Shown here in pieces: positions 24,410-37,298 of a stretch of 64,000 nucleotides of DNA (its first letter is position 1; the number at the start of each line of letters is the position of its first letter). The notes beneath the pieces were generated by a model. The model was not told where the DNA came from. It searched no databases and worked only from the letters and a program-made list of their open reading frames with translations. The stretch spans positions 50,592,001-50,656,000 of the forward strand of contig NC_043005.1 in assembly GCF_006345805.1 (NCBI RefSeq), given 5' to 3'. Source of the DNA: Octopus sinensis (Eukaryota). The position numbers and the translations under genes are program-made.

Positions 24410-24610
24410 GGAGAATTCACAAAAAAACAAAACACGAAAACAGGTGGTGTAGACAACAAACAGATGTATTAGTATAATGCTCGGGAAGTGAAAAAGTCTT
24501 TAACGTTTCGAGCCTACGATCTTCCACAGAAAGGAACACTGAAAGAAACAAGGAGAGAAAATAAAGAATGTGTAGTGGCTAGCGATCAATCATGGCGACG
24601 TGTATGGGCT
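24410..24610 (-). mobile_element. Penelope-like repeat with hammerhead variant (second copy at 37025-37205)
   Basis: The minus strand at 24497-24533 reads cttt-CTGTGGA-A-GATC(gtag)GCTC-GAAAC-GTT-aaag; stem I cttt/aaag. Confidence 0.6.
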
Positions 24611-25534
24611 TGTTTTGAGTTCTATTACACCTGTTTCTGTAACAAACGTATATATCTTTTGTTTTGTCTTTTACTTGTTTCATTCACACATACGACGGGC
24701 TTCTTTCAGTTTCCGACTAACAGATCCACTCACAAGATTTTGGTCAGCTCTATGATATAGTAGAAAACATTTGCCCAGGGTGCCACGCAGTTGGACCGAA
24801 CCCAGAACCATTTGACGGGGAAGCAAACTTCTTGTATCTGTATGTATGTGTGTGCGTGTGTGTGTGTGCGTGTGTGTGAGTGTGTGTGTTGTGTAGATTT
24901 GACACAAGATGTAGTTTGTCCATCTATGTCATTTGTTGTTTACTACCACACGTTTCTCATTATCATCATTATTATGTTTCTTTTAATAAATTTTTTAAAA
25001 TACATTTCTCCCTTCATTTCCGTTCATATTTTTTTTCTACTTACCGCCTTGATTTCAAATTCTTTTTTTCTCCTTATTTCCTTTGTTTTCATCCAAACTG
25101 AAACTTGTAAACAAGATGGAAAAAATTTGATTTTAGAAAATTAGATAAAAACAAAAGTCTTTCCTGTGAATGATTTTTCTTTACGTTTTTCTTTTTATCT
25201 AATCTTTGCATTGTTTAAGACAGTAAACTTTGACTGTTTAACTGTTTCACGTCATTGTAGTGTCATTGTTTCATTTGACTGTATGTTTAACAATCTTTTG
25301 TTTGAATTTCAAATTAAAATTATAAAGCTGCAGTGTTTGATTTCTTAATTTGATTAGACTATTTCTCTGTACTTGCTTGTCTGCATTGTTGTCTACAGTA
25401 CATATTCACAATATCTCTTCTGTCAGTTTATAGAGATTCCGTGTCTCATTTTTCTCAACATATCAACTGTCTTCATTGCCATTTATTGTATACTTTCTAT
25501 CTATCAGTTTATCTAATATTGTAGTGTTGGATTG

Positions 25535-26026
25535 CTTCACCTGTTCCACTATACAAATTTTGGTCACAAGGCAATCAATTTCAGGGGGAGGGGAGGGTAA
25601 GTCGGTTACATCACACCCCAGTATTCAACTGGTACATAATTTATCCATCTCGGAAAGATGAAAGGCAAAGCCAACATCGGCGGAATTTGAACTCAGAACG
25701 TAAAAACGAACGAAATGCCGCTAAGCATTTTGCCCAGCGTGCTAATGATTCTGCCAGCTCGCCGTCTTCACCTGTTCTGCTATACTGATTTCAAATGTTG
25801 GCACAAAGCAATCAATTTCGGAGCGGGGCTGGGGGGAATAAGTCGATTACATCAACTCCAGTGCTCAAATGGTACTCATTTTACCCACCCGAAACGATGA
25901 AGTTCAAAGTCGACATCAGTGGAATTTGAACCCTGAAAGTATAAAAACAAACGAAATGCCGCTAAGCATTTTGCCCAGCGTGCTAACGTTTCAACCAGCT
26001 CGCCGCCCTCACTTGTTCCACTATAT
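25535..26026 (-). mobile_element. Two SINE family A copies separated and flanked by three copies of a 20-bp target sequence
   Basis: cttcacctgttccactatac (25535), cttcacctgttctgctatac (25766), cctcacttgttccactatat (26007). Confidence 0.85.
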
Positions 26027-26266
26027 TGTTTCTTGGCATTGCTCTCTATTTGACATTATCCCTTAGTCTAAATGTGCACTTCATTATACTTCGGCAATCT
26101 AACCTCTTTCGCCGTATCTTATTTTTTATCCATTTGCATGCTCTTCTGCAATATTTTCTCTGTACATTGTTTTCTGTTGGACAGTTTCCACTCTATCATT
26201 TGTTTTACTGTACACTTTGTAATGTTTTAACATTCTGATCTGATTTACTGCAGCCTTTGTTGAAAG

Positions 26267-26487
26267 CAGTGTTTCTCAACCATTCTTTTTACCTAAGGAC
26301 CTCTTTTGATTCCTATTTTACTCGGATGAACACTTATAGCCATTCGATGTTTACAAATCCAATCATATTTTTATACTTAAATATGAGGAATTACATTAAA
26401 AAAAGTTTTTTGTGTATTGTAGAAGACCGATTTTTTTGTACATAAACGTGAACAAAATCTTACAGGGAACCCCAGTTGAGAACAATG
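26267..26487. mobile_element. hAT (Charlie-type) MITE
   Basis: TIRs cagtgtttctcaac / gttgagaacaatg; no clean 8-bp TSD is visible. Confidence 0.6.
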
Positions 26488-26723
26488 GTATAAAGTGATC
26501 TACTACACATTAAATCCCTACCATTTGCCTAACTGCACCAGTTTGACGCTGTATTCATTGTTTGTTGCTGTCTAACCGCATACTTGAATTATTCTCAATT
26601 TGGTCCTTTGTCCTGACTGTTTACTCTCCGACAATCTTGGTTATACTTAGTATCTGCAATGGGTGGCCTCTTAACATTCTGTTGCTGGATTTACTATTTC
26701 ATTAAACGCACATTCTAACTGTA

Positions 26724-26725
26724 CT

Positions 26726-26783
<58 letters not shown>

Positions 26784-26805
26784 CAGAAACAGTAGTAGTA
26801 GTAGT

Positions 26806-26852
<47 letters not shown>

Positions 26853-26890
26853 TAGTAGTAGTTGTTGTTGTTGTTGTTGTTGTTGTTATT
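26724..26890. repeat. Compound (TAG)n(CAG)n(TAG)n(TTG)n repeat
   Basis: Directly visible; gives the polyN/Y/C ORF 26702..26908. Confidence 0.96.
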
Positions 26891-27059
26891 GTTGATATTG
26901 TTGCTCAATTCAAGTTATCCATCTCATCCGTGACCATGCCATCTTTTATGGGTATTTAGGACTCCATTACCTAATGTGTCCTTTAACTTAAAAAAAAATT
27001 AGATGGGATTTGAGGAAGAAGTGAGTTGATATAGTTTATGAATAACTGTATTGAATAAA

Positions 27060-27672
27060 TTTTCTACTCTAAGCACAAGGCCTGAAATTTTCTGGGAGGG
27101 GGCGAGTCGATTAGATCGACCCCAGCACGCAACTGGTACTTAATTTATCGGCCCCGAAAGGATGAAAGGCAGAGTCGACCTCGGCAGTATTTGAACTCAG
27201 AACATAAAGACAGACGAAATACCACTAAGCATTTCACCCAATGTGCAAACGTTTCTTATTTCTTTATTGCCCTCAAGGAGCTAAACATAGAGGGGACAAA
27301 CAAGGACAGACAAAGGGATTAAGCCGATTACATCGACTCCAGTGCGTAACTGGTACTTAATTTATCGACCCTGAAAGGATGAAAGGCAAAGTCGATCTCG
27401 GCGGAATTTGAACTCAGAACGTAACGGCAGACGAAATACCTATTTCTTTACTACCCACAAGGGGCTAAACACAGAGAGGACAAACAATGACAGACAAACG
27501 GATTAAGTCGATTATATCGACCCCAGTGCGTAACTGGTACTTATTTAATCGACCCCCAAAGGATGAAAGGCAAAGTCGACCTCGGTGGAATTTGAACTCA
27601 GAACGTAACGGCAGACGAAATGTCGCTAAGCATTTCGCCCAGCGTGCTAACGTTTCTGCCAGCTCGCCGCCT
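27060..27672 (-). mobile_element. SINE family A multimer (3 units)
   Basis: Units are offset by 184 bp (27433 vs 27617); the head ggcggcgagctggcagaaacg on the minus strand begins at 27672. Confidence 0.92.
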
Positions 27673-28456
27673 TAGCTATATTGAATAACTGATTGTACTC
27701 TATTTTGAGTCTATTTTGTTAGACTGTCCTGTGTAATACTTTCATTTATCTGCATTTTGAGTCTGTAGATCAAACCCGAGCTGATATATGAAAAATCCAA
27801 TCTCGTCAAGACGATCTGATATTATTTTGTTACGTCAAGGACTACATTGTTCAATGTATGTTTCCTTATCTAAGATGACAAGGTATGATTTGAAGAACAT
27901 ATGGTTGCTCCCATGTTGGTTTTTGTGTTTTCTTTTACCTTTTTGTTTTATTATTACAATGGTGCGGTGACTGCATCACTTGCTCAGAAACACAAATACC
28001 CGCTCTGGCTATCTCAATTTTTTCCTTCCTATTCACGATGCTCTCTTACAATAAATAAACAAAAATAAGAGGGGAAAAAAGAACAAATATTATTTGACCA
28101 AAACCGTGTCTGCCACTTGCCATATCCAGTGGGATATACAGTAAAATTTCAGCTCAGGAGACAATGTTTACTTGTATGGAAAATCAGAATATATGTCAAC
28201 ACCAGACTTCTGAAATGCAACAACGCAGTATTTTAGATGGATGATTCGCGAAACTCTCCACGAATGATTTACAATCTTTTTGATTTCGCGATACACTGGA
28301 GAATAAATAAAAACTTGTGACTCATTTCGAAAGTAAAGTTAGAAAAATAAAATAACGAAAACCTTCCAAAAATTATGTTTTAAAGATTGAAATTTAGAAA
28401 GCAATACACAATATATTTTGATCACCTGATTTTATTAAACGTTCTTCTGTGTTTAA

Positions 28457-29205
28457 GGCGGCGAGTTGGCGGAACCGCTAGCGTTTCAAACAAAATGCTT
28501 TGTGGCATTTTTTCTTCTCTTTATGTTCTGAGTTCAAATTCTGCCGAGGTCGACTTTGCCTTTCATCCTTTGGGGGTCGATAAATTAAGTACCAGTTACG
28601 CACTGGGGTCGATATAATCGACTTAATCCGTTTGACTGTCCTTGTTTGTCCCTTCTGTGTTTAGCCTCTTGTGGATAGTAAAGAAATATGTATTTCGTCT
28701 GCCGCTACGTTCCGAGTTCAAATCCTGCCAAGGTCGACTTTGCCTTTCATCCTTTGGGGACCGATAAATTAAGTACCAGTTACGCACTGGGGTCGATGTA
28801 ATCGACTTGATTCCTTTGTCTGTCCTTGTTTGTCCTCTCTGTGTTTAGCTCCTTGTGGGTAGTAAAGAAATAGGTATTACGTCTGCCGCTACGTTCTGAG
28901 TTCAAATTCCGCCGAGGTCGACTTTGCCTTTCATCCTTTCGGGGTCGATTAAATAAGTAGCAGTTACGCACTGGGGTCGATATAATCGACTTAATCCGTT
29001 TGTTTGTCCTCTCTGTGTTTAGCCCCTTGTGGGTAGTAAAGAAATAGGTATTTATTCTTCTCTTTACGTTCTGAACTCAAATCCCGCCGAGGTCAACTTT
29101 GCCTTTCAGCTTTTTAGGATTGATAAAATAAATAGTAAAGTTGTAGGGTTGATGTTGTTGAATTACTTCTGCCCTCAAAATTGCCGGCCTTGTGCCAAAT
29201 TAGAA
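28457..29205 (+). mobile_element. SINE family A multimer (4 units)
   Basis: Head ggcggcgagttggcggaaccg; unit starts at 28690, 28874 and 29048. Confidence 0.92.
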
Positions 29206-29299
29206 CTTGATTATACTTCTGTGTAATAAAATTTTGAATAACATGCTTCTCGAGACAGTCATGTTTTTTTTTATAGCCTTAAATTCTTTAAAATCTTCT

Positions 29300-29645
29300 C
29301 TCTTTTACGTGTTTCAGTCATTTGACAGGGGCCATGCTGGAGTACCGCCTTGAAGAATATTTAGTCGAACGTATCTAGTTCTGTAATTATTTTTATTAAG
29401 CTTATTACTAATTCAATCAATCGCTTTTGCCAAACCGTTAAGTTACGGGGACGTAAGCTCATATAAACACAAAGACACGCATAATATATGTGTATGCGAG
29501 CGCCTGTGTGTATACATACGTATGTGTGCGTGTGTGTGTATAAATATATATACGAAGAGCTTTTTTCAGTTTTCATCTATCAAATCAATTCACAAGGCCC
29601 TGGATTATAGTAGAAGACACTTGCTCAATGTGCCGTGGATTGAAA
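29300..29645 (-). mobile_element. SINE family B, degenerate
   Basis: gtttcagtcatttgac..ccatgctggag..ttttgccaaaccg..ttacggggacgtaa..gaagacacttgc. Confidence 0.8.
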
Positions 29646-29925
29646 GTGAATTATGTATATTTTCCCTTCAAAATAACTTGCAACACACCATTCGATAACC
29701 GCTATAGTCCCTTAGGAACCTACAGCAATAGACGACGACTGATATAGACCAGGAACCAAGCGACTCAACGTTAACAGATGTTGTTGGCAATATAATCCGA
29801 TATAGCCTCGTTGCCTTTATTATCTTTAGGTTATCTTAGAATTTGAAAGAAATCATTATTAATAAAAATGGATGAAAGATAACCATTATTATTAATGATT
29901 TTCTTATAACGTTGAAACATATTAA

Positions 29926-29927
29926 TG

Positions 29928-30003
<76 letters not shown>

Positions 30004-30045
30004 ATGCTACTACAACCACCACCACCACTACTACTACTAAGACTA

Positions 30046-30094
<49 letters not shown>
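29926..30094. repeat. (ACT)n/(ACC)n trinucleotide repeat
   Basis: Directly visible; gives polyT/polyV/polyL ORFs. Confidence 0.97.
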
Positions 30095-30096
<2 letters not shown>

Positions 30097-30589
30097 TATT
30101 TAGTATTTATTTATTGCATGCTTCCGTTTGCAGTTCTGTACGCTGTAGTATCATGCAGCATTTTTGTATTGCTTTTATGTTCGTTTGTTTTTTTGTAAAT
30201 CTTTAATCAGGTTGGAAATTGGGTCACATGACCCTTTAAAAGATTCCCGGGCCTTGTGATTGGATGGAATGGACGAAAACATCCTACATACGGAGATGCG
30301 GCCCAAATGGTTGTTACTAACTAAGGGTTCATTAAGCGCTCCCATGCTGTTTATCACCCAAGTGGGCCTATAGCGGGATATGAAACTTCGGTGCAAGAAA
30401 AAAAAAAAAAAAAAATTGTTCGAACAAACCCCGCAAAATATTCCAGTTTGACTTTCTTATATCCACGAATCCACTGCCCTGAATATATATACATTTTCTA
30501 TTTTTTACTATTGAATGAAAGGTAGAGTTGATTTCAGCAGGATTTGAACTTTAAGTGGGTAGATTCGAAACAAACACCGCAAGGCGCTC

Positions 30590-30712
30590 TGAGGAGGAGA
30601 CCCCCTTCGGTCATGAATGACCATGGGATTGCACCTAGAAAGTTACACTCCGAGGCACAAGTCCGGGCAAGGTTTTTTTTTAATGGAAGGCCAGCAGTCG
30701 CCCATGCAAGTA
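30590..30712 (-). mobile_element. 3' portion of a third SINE family (family C)
   Basis: cttcggtcatgaatgaccatgggattgcacctagaaag...cagcagtcgcccatgca, recalled as the 3' half of the SINE whose head is at 34224. The link is not checkable within the window. Confidence 0.5.
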
Positions 30713-31432
30713 ACATAAAGAACGACCTTTCATCAGTTGTCGGCTGTCTATCTGCTCCTCATTTCGAGCATTGTACGACAGTATGAGTCTTCGAAGACAG
30801 TTGCTCCCATACATTCTAAAATAAAATTAGGGATTTATGGAGGGTCAAAGTTGGGAAGAGAAATAGGACAAACAGGGAGGGTCGTTAGACCAGAACGAGA
30901 GTAAAATAGCGAACGTTGGAAAAATATTTTCTTTGACAAGAGAAAAGATAGAAGAGAGAGATAGGAGGGTCGATCTTAATGTTACTTGTCCTGTTTTCCA
31001 TTTGTTTCTCTCATTGTTTGCATATTGAACTCATTTGTTTTCGTATTTCATGTTGTTTACTGTTGGTGACGTCCTGGACCCATATATGTTTTGTTGTTGT
31101 TGTTATTTGTTATTTTCTTTTTTGTCTTTTCTGTTATATTCAATACTAATTGGCTCGTGGGCGGCTTGTTATTGCTCTAGAACCGGAAGCCAGCCGTATT
31201 GAAATGAATGCAAACACAAAAGGGGACATATATAAAGTGGTGGTGGTCGTGGTGCTGGGTAGGAAATCGTAATCCTCAACATGATGCATTGAGATAGACG
31301 TTCAGGCATTAAGAATTTCGCATTGTAATTTTTTAAGAGGTTCATTCTGTGAAACGTTGTTTTAAGTCAATATCATCGGAGTGATCTAAAGAAGCGTCCT
31401 TTAGTACTAAAATTTCAACAGCAATATTAATA

Positions 31433-31823
31433 ACTAGCAGTATCGTCCGGCGTTGCCCGGGTTTGTTTCGACCCTTTAGAATTGGAATTTTTGAAAAGTA
31501 ATAATGTTGCATTATGTAGCTTGTTATTCTCTTTAAGTGAACATTTTTCTGGTTGAAATACACCGAAAAATGGCGACACAGCAGTTAAAAAATCGTAACA
31601 GATAGGAATTTTCATAGAAAAAAAGTACCTTTTTGATGTAAATAATTTTAGGTGTTAACATGGTCCGATTTGAATTTTTCTTCTACGGAAGAAAGAGCAA
31701 ACCTATCATACACTCAATTTTGGTCAACTTGCGCCGCAGGGTCTCGGAGGAGATAGTGTTAGTTGAAGGCTACCAAACCTGCCATACACAAACAACTTCA
31801 GCTTTATATATATAGAGAGAGAT
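31433..31823 (+). mobile_element. Non-autonomous Helentron-associated element (HINE-like)
   Basis: actagcagtatcgtccggcgttgcccgggtttgt ... cagctttatatatatagag; termini shared with 20981-21376, interior different. Confidence 0.65.
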
Positions 31824-33376
31824 TGCCTAAGATTTTGGTTCAAGACCAGTAGGGAGTATTTAACTGGTACAATGTTTTATCACATACTGCGAATTTGACC
31901 TCGGCGGGATTTGAATTCAGAATGTAAAAAGTCAGAACAAATGTCGCAAAGCATTTTGTCCGACGCGCTGATTCGAGTGCAAGGCCAACAAGGAACGGGT
32001 CAGTGAAATGCTATCGGCCCCAAGCTTTGGTTGGTATTTTATTTTATCAATTCCGAAAGGAATGAAAGAAAAAGTTGATCTCGGTGGGATTTGAACTCAG
32101 AATATAAAGAGAAGGTAGTAATACGAGCTCTGTAAAGTATTTATTTCAGCGCTCCAAGGATTCTACCAGTCGAAATAGTGATATATTTACTTTCGTATAC
32201 ATGTTCCTCTCTCTCTCTCTCTCTCTCCTGAGTTCAAATTCTGTTTCTACCAGCTTAGCCTGTCCATAATTCTGCTGAATCAATAATATAAGTATCTAGC
32301 ATATTATGGAGTCGATTATATCAACTATACCTTTCTCTCTTAGTGTTTTTGGCCCAGGGCCAATCTAAGAAACCATTATTAAATGTTTATCGGTGGCTGC
32401 TGATTATTTCTGTTTATTTTATAAGTTCAAATAGCATGCTGGACCGACTCCAACTAAAACGACTACTCTTACATTATGTTTCTGGCAAAATATTGTAAGA
32501 AAATATCTAAAATAAAATATGACAAATTATAAGTAGCACTGGCGTAAAGTCACACTCTGCTACAATAGAATTACTATCACAGATGATAGGGTGCCGAAAT
32601 AAATATGCTGATGCTGCCGTGGTCGTTGTTGTTGTTGTTGTGGCTGCTGCTGCTCTTGCTGTTTCACCCAATTCAGTCTTAATTGATGAGACTTATGATT
32701 AAAGGTATTTCGTCCGTGGCAATTACCGTCCTTTTGGACACATGTAGGTTTACACTAATATCGATCCTTTCACTGTTTAAGAGAGTAGGGTGTAATTTGA
32801 GGACGATTTAGTAGCTATTTCTGGTTAACAGTGCGACCATACAGAGGCTACTTCGTACGCTCGGATATTTTGCAGTTTCAGGATTAGTTGAGCAACAATC
32901 AAACGAAAACTGAGTTGGCCAGTTACTCATGTTGTTGAAATTGTTTAGCCGCGGGTCAGCCTTAATCAAAGGCGTTTCAACAATGAGTGTCTCGTCTTTG
33001 CGATCAGGAATAATGCACTTGCAATTATATTATCGAATGTGTACTTTTTTAAATACACAGCGCGGTATGAGGGAGATTTACTGCTGCATTTAACAGGTCG
33101 AGTAACTGCATGAAAGTTTCATTGTTGGCTCGTGCCTGCATCAGTATAGATGCAATGACTGTGACTAGGTCTCTTGGCGAATTCTGCTGCTCCTTGTGGC
33201 TGTCAAACATTTTAGAGTGCGAACCATTTACACCTGAGTTCAAATTCCGCCAAAGTCAACTTTGCCTTTCATCCATTCAGGATCAATAAATTAAGTAGCA
33301 ATGAAATACTAGGGTAGATGTAATCGACTAGTCCCCTCACCCCAAATTTCACGCCTTGTGCCTCTAGTAGAAAGGA

Positions 33377-33720
33377 TTATTACCTCCACCTGAAGGTGGA
33401 GGTATTGTTTTCAGTCATGTTTGTTTGTTTGTCTGTGGAAAGATATCTCAAGAACCACTGGATGGATTCGGATGAAACTTTCAAGGATATTTGGCCTCGT
33501 GATTGGTATGAACTGATTAGATTTGGGGATTGATCTGGTACTGGACAAAGATTCTGGATTATTTTTCCTGTTTTTTTTTTATTCAATTTTAGTATTCTCA
33601 TTTGTGAGAGAAATTGAATTTATTTCAGATATTCTCATTTTAAAAATCATCTCTGTCTAATCGTTAAGAGGACGTTGGTGTTGCCTTGGAAGAGGTTTGC
33701 GCTCTCTGAGTGCTTTTGTT
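33377..33720 (+). mobile_element. Non-autonomous Helentron (DINE-1-like) of a second type, inserted in a SINE A tail
   Basis: 5' palindrome tacctccacc-tgaa-ggtggaggta (33381-33404), sub-terminal ccttggaagaggt, 3' hairpin gcgctctctgagtgc, and T-rich junctions. Confidence 0.75.
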
Positions 33721-34223
33721 ATTATTGTTATTATCAAGGTAGGAAGCTGACAGAGCTGTAAACACGCTGGGCAAAATGCTTAGCAGTGTCTTGGACGAAA
33801 AGCGACAGATTGCAAAAACCAAAATATGTCGCCTGTCAACGGCATATGTACATTAATTACAATGAATTTTGACGGGAACACATAAGAAGGACCGGTCTCT
33901 CGTGTCTGTTTGCTACATCTCTTTCCGGTCTCTGTTGCTAAAGAGGAGATAACTACTCCGAAATACATGCATCCCACAGTCTGGTTAGGGGGTGCTGTGA
34001 GCTGTGAGACAGCGATTTGTCTACAGTGAGAATGACTTCCTTAGAGGTTCAAATATGCTTCAAGCATATTTGGATTGGTAACAAGTTTGTATTAATTGTA
34101 ATATATCGATGGTTATTTGAATTTTATTCTACTTCATATACCGGATTTTTAAATTCAGCCCGGTGGCTATTCGCAATATCAATGAAAGTATCATTTGCTG
34201 ATTGCTACATATCAGAAAGTAAA

Positions 34224-34515
34224 GGCGCGTGGCTCAGTAGTTAGGGGGATTCAGCTTACGATGGTAAAGTCGTGAATTCGATACCCAGCGACGCGTTGTG
34301 TCCTTGAGCAAGACACTTTATTTCCTGTTGCTCCAGTCCACTCATCTAGCAAAAATGAGCTGTACCTGTAATCCAAAGGGCAAGCCTTGTCACATTCTGA
34401 GTCACGAGGAATCTCCCTGAGAGCTACGTTAAGGGTACGCGTGTTTGTGAAGTGTCTAGCTACTTACAGGTTAATTTTGTGAGTAGGCTGTTTTGCGGAT
34501 CGCATCAACTGAAGT
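34224..34515 (+). mobile_element. tRNA-derived SINE family C (5' portion)
   Basis: A-box tggctcagtag, degenerate B-box gaattcgatac, then gtgtccttgagcaagacactttatttc..ttgctccagtccactca. Confidence 0.8.
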
Positions 34516-35744
34516 ACTCATCTTCGTAACCGACAGAGCTCCAGCGATATATAGGACTCAAGAGATTTCTTCAAACCACGTGGCTGCAAGTACAACTCGT
34601 TGACAAGGTTCAAGATAGCCGAAATGCGTCTGGCGTTCTCGCTAGCTGCTTCAGGGACGACGATTTTTGTCCCTCTCCGATATGTGTTGTGTCTTTAACA
34701 AAGAATGTCCATAATAAACTTTATCTCAGACTTAGACACAGTATCTTGCCTGTCAACGATGTGTATACATTAAATAATATATATATATTAAATATATATA
34801 TGTGTTGTGTGTGTGTGTGTGTGTGTGTGCGTGCGGCCATTTTTATTTAATTCTGCTTCAGTTGCATAGGCCGGATATTTCTTGCTCGTTGTTATGCACA
34901 CGCGCACGCACACACATATCTATCTATCTATGCATACATATACATACATACATACATACATCATACATACATACATACATACCCTTTGCGTATGTGTATA
35001 TAGATATATACACAACAGGTTTCTTTCAGTTTTCGCCAGCCAAATCATCTCACAAGGCTCTGGTGGGTAACGAGGGCACTAGCAGAAAACAATTTGCCCA
35101 TGATGTCAGGAGTAGGGTCGAACCCCAAAAACATGTGGTTGGGAAACAACCTCTTAACACAGAGGCCATACCAGAGCCTTCACAGCCATGCCTGCGCCTA
35201 CACAGTCATATTCTGATTTCAAATCCTATCGGTGCCCAATATTTACTTTCAGCGCATCGGTCGGTCTACAAACGTCTATACACGTTATTTTACTATTTCC
35301 AATTTTGGAATTAATAAAATAAATTAAGTATTTCACAGTTACACTGTAAACTTGCAACGGATAATGTTACCTCCGCATGGCATCTATTTATAGCTTGGTA
35401 AATTTGGCCAGTGAAAGTGGAGTATATTGCGCAGTGAAAAGAAATAATCATTAAAGGCTTTATTTCACTATATCGATGGTAATCAATGAGTCTCTCATAG
35501 TCATTTCTTTCTGCAGGTTCAAATGGTCCACTGGACCGACTCCAACGAAAGCACTGCAGCAGCGTCGAGAGAGGGAAAGGATGCCAATGCTTACGCTCAC
35601 TCTATCTTTCCCTCTCCCTCGCTCGCCTTCTCTCTTTCTTTCACAGACACACACACATACGAGCAATCACAAATACACACATACACAAACACACACATGC
35701 ACTAATATACACGCACACAGACATAGAAACACAGTTTCACTCAT

Positions 35745-35812
35745 ATAGTTATATATGCTTGTATATATTACATATATATATATATATATTATATATATAT
35801 ATAATATATATT

Positions 35813-35844
<32 letters not shown>

Positions 35845-35908
35845 ATATATGTATTATATCCATGCATATTGTAAATATCTAGTGTGCGAGTTTATGTATG
35901 TATGTATG

Positions 35909-35954
<46 letters not shown>

Positions 35955-35987
35955 GCATGTATATGTATGTATTATGTAATCATATAC

Positions 35988-36057
<70 letters not shown>

Positions 36058-36481
36058 ATGTGTATATATATATATATATATATATAGTGAGAGAGAGAGA
36101 GAGAGAGAGAGAGAGGGAAATACACGTACACATACAAGCACACACGTATATGTACATGTATCTATATATGTATGTATGTATGTATGTGTGCATATATTTA
36201 TGTATGTATGTACATACGTATACATACATGCACACAGGTACAGACACACATATACATATACATACAGAGAAAGACGAAGATAGGGATTTCTAGCTATCAA
36301 AGACTTGATCAAATCGTTAATAATACTGCGAAGAAAACGGTCGAGAGGCAAACAAAAATAGCAGCCGTGGTTTTAAACAGATAATAATAGCTTGTTCAGA
36401 CTAGTCAAACTACTCGCAAGAATCTAAAGTATACACACTCATACATATACACATTTGAACTAGGTTTATACATATACATTC

Positions 36482-36526
<45 letters not shown>

Positions 36527-36656
36527 GTATACATATGCATATATCATGTATGTATTTATGTATAGACATCTCAATATATTTCTATCACACAGAAACACAC
36601 TCACTCACACACACACACACCACATATGTAATATATTATAAATATTCGCACACAAC

Positions 36657-36692
<36 letters not shown>

Positions 36693-36906
36693 ACACACAC
36701 ACTACAACACACACGTATATATATATATATTAAGTATATATAGTATATGTTTGGATATATATATGTATATATGTATATATTTATATATATATATTTATAT
36801 ACGTGTATATATATATCTATGTATATATATAATATATAATATATATTATGTCTATATACATGCATACATATATGCATATATCCATCCATACCATACATAC
36901 ATATAA

Positions 36907-36962
<56 letters not shown>

Positions 36963-37020
36963 ATACATATATATATATATATATATATAAAATATATATA
37001 TTAATATATATATATATAGG
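35745..37020. repeat. Large compound microsatellite block (TA, TATG, TG, GA, CA)
   Basis: Directly visible; all ORFs here are repeat translations. Confidence 0.95.
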
Positions 37021-37024
37021 GAGA

Positions 37025-37205
37025 ATCCACGAAGAAAACAAAAGACGAAGAACGGTGGTGTAGACAACAAACGATGTATTAGTTTAACACTCGGGAATTG
37101 AAAAAGTCTTTAACGTTTCTAGCCTACGCTCGTCCACGGAAAGGAACACAGAAAGAAACAAGGAGAGAAAAAAATGTGTGTAGCGGCTACCGATCTATCA
37201 TACTG
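37025..37205 (-). mobile_element. Penelope-like repeat with hammerhead variant (paralog of 24410-24610)
   Basis: The minus strand at 37107-37143 reads cttt-CCGTGGA-C-GAGC(gtag)GCTA-GAAAC-GTT-aaag. Confidence 0.6.
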
Positions 37206-37206
37206 A

Positions 37207-37298
<92 letters not shown>

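Noticed and set aside
25330-26250. Purine-rich minus-strand sequence flanking the SINE stack, with a repeated TEKI-like peptide
   Set aside because: There are many stops in the frame I translated and no family could be assigned; it is left unannotated.
34224-34295. tRNA-like sequence (also the heads of SINE families A and B)
   Set aside because: It has A/B-box remnants but no complete cloverleaf, and it continues directly into a SINE body.
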